From positions 149,482,001 to 149,546,000 of the forward strand of contig OX597814.1 of the NCBI GenBank assembly GCA_951406725.2: a stretch of DNA of 64,000 bases, read 5' to 3'. The position numbers and the translations under genes were made by a program. Under the pieces are notes generated by a model. The model ran no database searches. It was not told the DNA's origin and worked only from the letters and a program-made list of their open reading frames with translations. Positions 54,450-64,000 of the stretch are shown one piece after another (the first letter of the stretch is position 1; each line of letters starts with the position of its first letter). Source of the stretch: Octopus vulgaris (taxonomy: Eukaryota).

Positions 54450-55750
54450 AGCAAATTTATGAATAGATGCCTTCCAGGTTTAACCATCGCCGATTTGTGT
54501 GTCTAAGGCATCCAATGCATCTTTCTTTATCGTCTATGATAGTGAGGAGTGATTTGAGAGATTAACGGCAGTGAACCAGCCGACGTTGACTTAAGCATTA
54601 TCAGCAAAATCAAACTCTATCATACCACTTCTGACATAATGCTTGGTACTCCAGACATTTTTGCAGCAGTAAATAAAAATAACATTGCTCTGTAGTAGAC
54701 CTTGATAAATTCTCTGCTGGTGTTGTGAAAGAATGCCGAATCTAAATTGAATTTACTCTAGCGAATATCTGGAGTAATTCGATAAACAAAGGATATATCA
54801 AATCATTTTCTATCCCAATCGTTCGTCCCGGTTTTTAAAGAAGGCATAATTTCACGCGAAGTCAACTATCACCCAATTCCAGCCTTCATATAATGAAATT
54901 ATTCAAAAAGCTGGTGAGTTCAAGAATAACTAACTTTCTAGAGAGCTTATCTCGTAAACTCATTGAGGTATTGCCTACTAAAAATATGTCTTGCCTCACA
55001 TTGATGACGTGCTAACATTTTAATAACCTGTCCAGACACAAATGTATATCTCGACTTCGAGTGGAGGCGCAATAGCCCAGTGGTTAGGGCAGCGGACTCG
55101 TGGTTGTAGGATCGCGGTTTCGATTCCCAGACTGGGCGTTGCGAGGGTTTATTGAGCGAAATCACCTAAGTTCCACGAGGCTCCGGCAGGGGATGATGGT
55201 GAACCCTGCTGTACTCTTTCACCACAAATTTCTCTCTTGTCGCAAATTTCTCTCTTGTCAGCCTTGTCACACTGAATCTAACCGAGAACTACGTTAAGGG
55301 TACACGTGTCTGTGGTGTACTCAGCCATTTGCACGTTAATTTCACGCGCAAGCTGTTCAGTTGATCTGATCAACTGGAACCCTTGTCGTCGTAAGCGACG
55401 GAATGCCAACCGACCAATCTCGACTTCAGTAAATCTTTCCTGAAAGTCTTTTCTTATACGTTCGACACAGGAGTTCGTGGAAAGCTGCAATGGTTTAAGT
55501 TATCTTGGCAAGTAGTTTCTAATATGTTGCGAAATATGGAATCCACTCAAACCAAGCAAAGCAAACATCGTCATTGTGTCCTTCAAGGTCTTTGTTGAAT
55601 CCACTACTCTTCATAATGTACTTAAACGCAGCAGACAAAAATTCGTGGGTGAGTCTATGTGTCAAAATTATGTCAACAGAGATAATGGAATATACTCAGA
55701 TCAAAATTGCATGCTGCAAGCGACTGGAAAGTTATGCTGTGGGTGGATAA
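54450..55750 (-). pseudogene. Highly decayed LINE RT fragment split by a SINE
   Basis: Minus-strand DFADNA near 54600 and an IYQGLLQS motif near 54700. Confidence 0.3.
55062..55408 (+). mobile_element. tRNA-derived SINE, family C-related, near full length
   Basis: ggaggcgcaatagcccagtggttaggg..ggtttcgattccc head; 3' half matches 16566-16770. Confidence 0.85.
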
Positions 55751-56119
55751 ATTTCAATTCATATATTTTTAGCAAGATTAGCTTAAGCGCACATATCTTA
55801 TTCCTCTGGAGAAGCCTTCTTGATATATAATAATATCAGATGCCTAGAAGTAATTTTTTATGCTAATCTTTTTTGGAGCATCCAAATCCTCACCAATGTG
55901 TCTGGAAAGATGCCCTCTTATATCCTCAGACATTTCCAGTCCACGGAGCCGTATATCAGCATCCTATACATCTTTTTTGATCGTTTACACGAACTTAGAA
56001 TACAGACGACCCTCGTCCATTCTGTGATCTCTTCGTGATACACAAAACATTATGAGAGTTGAGACATCTACAGAGCAATTACAACATAAGTTTAGATTCA
56101 GTTGAATTAGGTACTTAAA

Positions 56120-58440
56120 TTGAACCACCATGGTTTCATCTGATTTTGCTCAGGTCACTGACTTGGTTGGACTATATATACTCTACCAGCGCCATATACA
56201 TTTCCCTAACATCAAGGGAGGCCTATATCGAGACGATACCTTGCTAGTTACCAAAAGCATAAATAAATCCTCCTTGGAAAGAACTAAAAAGGATCTGCAT
56301 ATATTCTTCTCCAGCCTAAGCCTTTTACATTCGAAAACGCTCACAAAACTTCTAACGTCCTAGACGCAACTCTAAACTTATCATCATCCCAATACTCCCC
56401 TTACCACAAACTTAACCAATATCTTAAATGTCTTAACATCCATTCCAACCACCAAAAATCCACTTTTGATAACATTATCAAGGGTATCTCAACACGTTTA
56501 TCCAACCTCTCTTCTACTGAGGAAATTTTCAATAACCTCGCACCATATTACAATCAAGCACTCGCCGCTAACGACTTTTCCCAACAAATAAAATACATCC
56601 ATAACAACAGGCTCAAACAATATATATCTTCATATCAAATCTCAAAGACGCACCAACCATCAAAATCGCAACCAACCACACACACTCGTTGATAGAACCC
56701 TTGGAGATCTTACACATAGACAACCAACACCCCACAGACATACATTTAACACTAGATCAAAAACTAAAACAGCTAAAACAGCTAAAACAGCTAACAACAA
56801 CAGGTCTTGCCACCTATCCCCATTCTCCAAAAATATAAATAGCACTCCATTCTCCAGAAATATAGATAGCACTACGCCTAGACACCCTCAAAAAGTGGCG
56901 GACGCTCTATTTTGTGGTACAAAAACCTCTTCTCACTTAACGTTAAGAACTTAGCTAAATCGTTCTTTAAAATACTAGACTCTTCAACTTTCCTCTTCAA
57001 CATAGATATCATTCTATCTTTAATAGATCCACCTTGAAAGTATCCTATTCCGCCCCACCCAACTTCGAATCTATCACAGCAGCCTCTAATAAACAAAAGC
57101 TTTCTCTTTACTATCAAAACTCACATAATTACAACTCTAGTTACACGAACGCTCAACACGCACACATCTCCAGCATAGATACCCTTACATTAGATTACAA
57201 CCACAATCTCTACCACTCTTACAAATAGTACAATTAATAGCAACAATAGTAATAATAACAATGATAGTAATAATAACATTAAGAATACCAATAGTTCAGA
57301 CCTTTCTACCCGCTTCACTAACCTCTCTTCTGACAATATTAACTCCTCCAACCAATCCCCAAAATTCACCCTCTTGTAACTGCAGTCCTGGAACCATCTG
57401 CCCGTAACAAACGCATTGCAGAAGGCATAATGTAATTTACGAATGTACAGTCCTTAATACACTACACAACTCTACAGCTTAGGATAAACCATAAATTTTA
57501 AGCAACAAAATGGCGCTCACCTCCATTCTTTTAGATACGATAAACATAGTAAATCTACAACACCCGCTAGCCATATACATCATCTCAAAAATACAAATAT
57601 AACCTATACTTTGTCATGGTCCATATTGGATTCAAGGCTCCCCTACCAAGGTCAACGTTCAACCTGCAAGCTTTGCCTGAAGGAGGCACTTCACATATTA
57701 GAACAGTTCTCTTCAACATTGCTAAATAAACATAGTGAGGTACTAAGTACATGCAACCACTGCCTTTTTCACACATTCAAATTCTACCACAAATCCAAAT
57801 GCCTAAACATTCCCTGATTACCTTCCCCTGTCCGGAACACTCATACTACACTTCAAAGCTAAGAGAGGACACAAAGAAATTTGAGTAATTTGAAAAGAAA
57901 ATACGAGACCGGTTACTCTCAAAACAATGCTACTTTACACAAAATTTTATATTTTCCTAACATAACGATTAAAATATATTCTTTAACTATATAACACAAG
58001 TTTTCTGTAGATTTTCTATCTCTATTTTGTCTGATATATACATAAATCTCGTATAGAGAATTTAGAACTAGCTGCTTTGCTGGATGTAAGATCATCTGCT
58101 CTGTGTCGCTTATTTATTCATACCTTGCAAACTAGGACGAACAACTGCCATGTATAGCTCACATATATAACCAGAACTGACGAAAGTCTATACCCAGAAA
58201 CCAGCTGGTCTGTTGGTTCCTGTCAGCGCTAGATGGGAGTTGTTCGCTCCCTTGTTTGCAATATAACGTACACAGACAGTGTGTCGTTAACCAACTCCAG
58301 GAGATGACCTCCTTGGGTTAAAAAGAGAAGTAACAGTGTTCTGTATGAAACAACCACGTTAAGGTGGAAACAACCATTATTTTTCAGTAGAGTTAGTACT
58401 TGCATCAGGTATAGGGATTTTAGAACTAGCTGCTTTGCTC
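56120..58440 (+). mobile_element. Penelope-like element, 5'-truncated and decayed: RT, linker, GIY-YIG-type endonuclease, terminal repeat region
   Basis: DFAQVTDLVGLYIL..GGLYRDD, NVLDATLNL, IHSNH, LSNLSSTEEIF, LKVSYS, VIYECTV, WSILD..CKLCLKE; ~31-bp direct repeat at 58031 and 58409. Confidence 0.85.
58169..58218 (+). ncRNA. Minimal type I hammerhead ribozyme of the Penelope-like element
   Basis: AACCAGAA-CUGACGA-13 nt-GAAA-CCAGCUGG-UC-UGUUGGUU; canonical core, palindromic ACCAGCUGGU stem III, GUC site after 58210. Confidence 0.75.
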
Positions 58441-58486
58441 GGTGTGTGTATGTGTGTATGTGTGTGTGCGTGTGTATGTATATAGT

Positions 58487-58788
58487 GAGGGCGTATGGCT
58501 TAGTGGCTAGAGTGTAGCACTCACGATTGCGGGATCTTGGTTTCGATTCCCAGATCGGCTGTTGCGTTGTGTTCTTGAGCAAAGCACTTCATTGCACGTT
58601 GTTCTGCGATTATTTCGTCGTCTGACATGTGGTACACGGTGCACCTGTACAGGTAATTTCGATTTGATGGAGGGAGGGAGGGAGGGAGTAAGCTTGTGTG
58701 AACACAAACATTTGATCATTATAAACAAATTAGCTGAGTGGCTGTTAAGCAATTTCTTGCCGAATCCCCCCTACGTCGTTTAACGACG
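58487..58788 (+). mobile_element. SINE family C
   Basis: ggcgtatggcttagtggctagag..ggtttcgattccc..gtgttcttgagcaaagcact. Confidence 0.85.
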
Positions 58789-59147
58789 TACGTATGTGTG
58801 TGTGTTTGTGTGTGTGTAATAACAATATGTACTTCGCAGGAGGCAAAAGTTTGACACTGATGCAAAGAAAAAAATTAATTAACTTAACTATTTGGGCGTA
58901 AGGAGGAGCCGATATCTGCATGCAAGTGTAAAATAAATACGTGTCTGAAGGCAGGTAATAGTGGTTAGGCGCATGCGTGTCTGTTAGAGAGATCTACGTG
59001 TTTAAAGGTGTGCATGTGTGTGAGTATAATGACATTGGATGGTGGAGATACAGAATACTGGTGCGTGTGTTTGTAATCGATAGCTGCTGTGAAAGCTCGT
59101 TTGTGATGAAGGTGGGGGCAGGTGTGAATTAAGAGAAGAAATATATG

Positions 59148-59745
59148 AAGGCGGCGAGCTGGCAGTAGCGTTAGCACGCCGGGCGAAATGCGTAGCTGTA
59201 TTTCGTCTGCTGTTACGTTCTGAGTTCAAATTCCGCCGAGGACGACTTTGCCTTTCACCCTTTCGGAGTCCATAATTAAGTACGAGTTACGCACTGGGGT
59301 CGATGTAATCGACTTAATCGACTTAATCCGTTCGTCTGTCCTTGTTTATCCCCTCTATGTTTAGCCCCTCGTGGGTAGTAAAGAAATAGGTATTTCGTCT
59401 GCCGCTACGTTCTGAGTTCAAATTCCGTCGAGGTCGACTTTGCCTTTCATCCTCTCGGGGTCGATTAAGTAAGTACCAGTTACGCACTCGGATCGATATA
59501 ATCGACTTAATCTGTTTGTCTGTCCTTGTTTGTCCTCTCTGTATGTAACCCCTCGTGGGTACTAAAAAAATAGGTATTTCGTTCTGAGTTTAAATTACGC
59601 CGATGTCGACTTTGCCTTTCATCCTTTCGGGGTCGATTAAACTAAGTACCATTTGCGTACTGGGGTCGATATAATCGACTAAATCCATTGTCTGTCTTTG
59701 TTTGTCCCCCCTATGTTTAGCCCCTTGTGGGCAATAAAGAAATAG
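59148..59745 (+). mobile_element. SINE family B: one head plus three tandem bodies
   Basis: Units start gtatttcgt at 59198, 59390 and 59574; gaaatatat at 59138-59146 and 59746-59754. Confidence 0.9.
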
Positions 59746-60114
59746 GAAATATATTGGTAGAGCAAATGGGATGGCCAGTGGAAGGGTAAAAACGTAATTG
59801 TGTTTTCTGTAAATGTATTTTAAAAGTAGGAGGGAGCGTGAAACCCTTTTTAAGAAAGACGAATGATTTAGAATGAAATTTGAAACAGTGAAAAATTAAG
59901 TTGCTGTATTATGTATGACTAGTAGGGAGAGAAAATGAAAGAAATCGAATGTATATACATGCATACTGCATACACACATGCATACGTACGTACATACACA
60001 CATACATACATATGTGTGTGTGCGTGTGTGTGTGTGTACGTGTGTGTGTGTGTATGCCTGTATATACATAAGGTTTCTTTCAATTTCTCTCTCTATTGGT
60101 CATGTGTAATGTAT

Positions 60115-60670
60115 ACAGAAAACAAAGGTTTAAGGACGGCATAAGGACTACTTTGAAGTCACTTGCAATAGTTCTAGAAGACACAGAAACCCTTGCTTCG
60201 GATCGAGCTGGCTGGCGAACAAAAGTGTAGAGTGGGGTGAAAGCCTTTGAAGAGGGTAGAATCACGCATGCAAGACTCAAGAGAGATCTAAGGGAGAATA
60301 TTACGACCGAGAAACTGTGTGTGCAGTGTGTGTCAGACCATTCCTTTCTTTTGCTAGGCTCAAATCTCATTTGCAAAGCCATGGAAAACGAACCTTCACC
60401 AACAATTCTGTCTATATATCTGTGCACACCTTTCAATGCAATGTATGCCAGAAGATTTGCAAATCTAACGGAGGCCTCATAAGACATTTTAAAGTCCACA
60501 AACATCAGATCTTACCTGCAGCTCCTGATGGTTCAAATCGGATATGCAATTTATGTGGGTGTCTTTTCAAAACATTGTTTGGTTTAAAAAGCCACATTAG
60601 ATGCCATGATGGTTCTAAGGTGTAGACACAGGAGGTGGTCAAACTTTGCATAAGGAGTAGACAACCACCA
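60115..60670 (+). mobile_element. 3' end of an RTE-clade LINE encoding three C2H2 zinc fingers
   Basis: QRFKDGIRTTLKSL..ETLASDRAGWR..GVKAFE, then CAVC..H..H, CNVC..H..H, CNLC..H..H (ORF 60317-60625). Confidence 0.8.
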
Positions 60671-60678
60671 TGTATATA

Positions 60679-60713
<35 letters not shown>

Positions 60714-62411
60714 AGAGAGAAATGGATGAACTAGAGCATCAAGGGTACATACTTGGTCGGTGCATATGTGTACGTTTGTGAATATGTACGGTTTTGTGTG
60801 CATGTGAGCGTGCATACACGCGTGTTTGTATGTTTGTGCTTGTGTACGTGCGTGATTAATCTGTTGCCTCTAAGTGTATGAATAGGCTGCTAGATAAGGA
60901 CAAGGAAGAAATAAGTAGTTCCTGTTCGGTGCTTTGCTTTACTTGTCTTTACTAACAGGCCTAATTCTTTGGAGAAATGTTGTGAGAGAAAAGTAGAAAC
61001 TAATATAAAACAGAATAGAAATTAAAATCAGTACGTTTTAGTTGAGAATCATTTTTGGCTAGGCACCAGAACAGAGCTCTACAAATGAAAGGTGAGTGCT
61101 TGCTGGTCATGCGTAATACAGCAACCAACTTTTGCATCATTGATGATTTGTTTGTAAAAGGTTATGGTCGAAAACAAAAGAGAGTTGATTAGCCTTAGTG
61201 ACTTGGCGCTATTTAGACTGCAAATTCTTATTTCTGTATTGGTATATATACATATATATACATATACATATATATATATATATAGCCGCACACACACACA
61301 CACAAACACACAAACACACACACACATATATAGATAATACATATATACATACATACATATATACATATATCCATACATGTGTGTATGTATGTTGCTATTA
61401 GTTGATCTCTATTACTGATGCTCTTTGAGGCGACTGCGTCGTTGTTGCTGTCATTTATGTTGGAAATATATTGTTACTGAGGCCAGCGATGATGACGGTG
61501 AAGATTAAAAAGACAAGTACGACAACGAAGATTAAGGGGACAATAGCATCATTTGATGATGCTGAAGATAATGGTAGTGAGGTGAAGATGAGTATGACGA
61601 GGATGATGATGATGATGATGATAAACAGCAGCCGGATGAAGAAAAGGGTAGAGAAGAGGAAGTTAGGAGAGAGTATTTATAGATTTCCTTATAAAATGAC
61701 GACTGCACTGCGCTTCTGCGTTCTTGTATTGCGACTTTTCATGTGGTAACATGATATCACATGATGTAATTGTAATGGTGATGCTTCACATGGGTAAAAG
61801 AGAGATGAGAATGATGATGAGGAGGATGATGGAGGGGGAGGGTGTGGAGGAAGAGAAGGTGGACAAGGAAAATAATTATGAGTGATTTTTATGAGGATGA
61901 GGTTAATGATGTTGCTAATGAAGAATAGCAGAAAGTTATTGATGAAGATGATGGAGATGGTGATGACGACGACGATGATAATTAATAATGATGAGGTTAA
62001 GGGTGATGAATATGATGATTCGGAGAAGAATATTGATAACAAGTTTGATGGTATTGAGAAGGATATGGAGGCGAAAGAACAGGACCATAAATTAAAATAT
62101 AAAGCTACACAAAGGTTAACTACTCTGCTCGCAGTCCATAAAAGGGCCCTGAAATGCAGTTGCCCTTATCGAAAAACACTGTGAGTTCAGTGATGCAAAT
62201 TACGAAGAACTTTCTGCGCTATTCATACTACACCATTCACTACACTTGTGATGCCGAATGTTTTCCCTTTCAACGGTCCCTTTTTTATGAAATTTCCGTT
62301 TCTCGCTGTTCTAGGGATTTTGGAATGCCTGTGTACTCAATAAGTCAAATTTTTTTTAGAAAACAAAAATTCTTTTCCATTCTATCTCTGTGTTAAAAAA
62401 TATATCTTGTA

Positions 62412-62891
62412 TCTTTTACTACTTTCAGTCCTTGGAATGTGGCCATGCTGGTGCACTGCCGTAAAGCGTTTAAACTAGGATTTCTCAACCGGAGTCAATA
62501 TAGAGCCTGGTGGTCCATATAAGATTTTTGGGGGTCCGCAGTAATTTTTTCAGGGGCCATGAAAAATTGTAGTTCAGAGAATAAAATTTATGTGCAAAAT
62601 ACTGTAGCAATTTTTATACAAGTCAAAGGTGTCCACATGTAAAATATGGTTGAGAACCCCTGATTTAGACGAACGACTCTACCCCAGTATTTAGTTGTTT
62701 TTTATTATAGTAAAAGCCAATATTCATTCTATTGGTTCTTACCTTGTTGAGCCGCTATGTTACGGGGACTTAAATACACCAACAACGGTAGCTAAGTGGT
62801 TGAGGGAGAAAAACACAAGGCCAATACATATGTGTGTGTGAGAGAGAGAGAGAGAGAGTCTGTGTGTGTGAAGAGAAAGTTAGATAAATAT

Positions 62892-62968
<77 letters not shown>

Positions 62969-63130
62969 GAACTGGGTTCTTTCAGTTTTCATCTATCCCA
63001 GTACTTATATTTAAGCCCAATAATTATTCTATTGGTCATTCGTTTTTTTCTTCGGCTGAACTGCTAGATTACGGGATGTAAACAAACCAAGGGCGGTGAC
63101 CAAGTCGTCGAGGGAGAAAAACATAAACAC
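62412..63130 (-). mobile_element. Fragmented SINE family A copies
   Basis: tttcagtc..gtggccatgctggtgcac; ccgctatgttacgggg; ttctttcagtttt. Confidence 0.6.
62476..62662. mobile_element. 187-bp hAT-type MITE nested in a SINE
   Basis: TIRs taggatttctcaacc / ggttgagaacccctg; 8-bp flanks gtttaaac / atttagac. Confidence 0.8.
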
Positions 63131-63469
63131 AGAACTGTGCAAACATAATACATACAAATGCTACCAATTCTAGTCTTAGGTATTCCTCGTGTGTGAAAAT
63201 AAAAAATAAAAAGTAAAAGAGTCAAGAGGAAGAGCAAGTACGGTTAGGCAGCTTTTTAATCGCAACAAGTGTTTCGATACATACAGATCCTCGTTGTAGC
63301 ATGGAAATCTAAACTGCCCGGCGTGCTAACGCTTCTGCCTTAGCAACTATATATATATATATATAATTTTAAATAAATATAACACCCCCCCAATAGTTTA
63401 TGTGTGGAGAGCCATGTTTCTGCAACTTGTACTGCAGTAGAAACTGCCACAAAAAGAAAGACTTATATA

Positions 63470-63481
63470 TTGATGTTGTTG

Positions 63482-63552
<71 letters not shown>
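63470..63552. repeat. (GCT)n(GAT)n compound microsatellite
   Basis: Direct reading. Confidence 0.95.
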
Positions 63553-63846
63553 AAGGATTTAGGCACAATGCCAACATTTTTGAGAAGAGGTGGCCACACG
63601 AAACATTTCCCCTCAGTACTTCAGTGGTGCGATATTTTATTAACCTAGAAAAATTATAGGTAAAATGTGTGTATGCTTGTGCGAGCATATATGTGACACG
63701 TGTGTATGTGTGTGTGGGGATTGTAACTGTGTATGATCGATCGATGAATCTCTACTGAAAGCGATTCTGCTTTGCTTTTCTAGCTCTTACTTTCTCTTTC
63801 ACTCGCTCTTAATCTCTCTCTCTCTCTATCTCTCCCTCTCTCTGTC

Positions 63847-63898
<52 letters not shown>

Positions 63899-64000
63899 CC
63901 ACTTTCTCAGAGCTTAAATACTCAAGATACACCATACCACGACAGTTCCTTCAGGAGATGAGATACCAAGGAATGACGGATGAAACAGGTATTAATGTAC

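Noticed and set aside
55062-55140. tRNA gene-like sequences (also 45981, 58487, 59150)
   Set aside because: No complete cloverleaf; they run into shared SINE bodies, so they are SINE heads.
60317-60625. Host C2H2 zinc-finger gene
   Set aside because: No TGEKP linkers; directly follows RTE C-terminal motifs and ends in a LINE-like tail.

Overview
AT-rich, extremely microsatellite-dense animal DNA with no host protein-coding gene that I can support. The SINE families and repeat make-up resemble an octopus/cephalopod genome (inference). Most ORF-track entries are microsatellite artefacts. Recognisable content: (1) DNA transposons: a near-intact Tc1 (DD34E, IR/DR ends), several mariner and maT-like relics, hAT elements and a TTAGGG-bearing MITE. 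(2) Retroelements: Hero-like and R4/Dong-like RLE fragments, RTE fragments, a Penelope-like element and three tRNA-derived SINE families. The most notable signal is RNA-level: many hammerhead-ribozyme-like motifs in retroelement ends and in short modules embedded in (TA)n. These include a candidate with non-circularly permuted strand order (17896-17959, minus) and candidates where the core C3-G8 pair is replaced by U3-A8 (19123-19198) or A3-U8 (29258-29290). All structures were read by eye and need covariance-model and cleavage tests.
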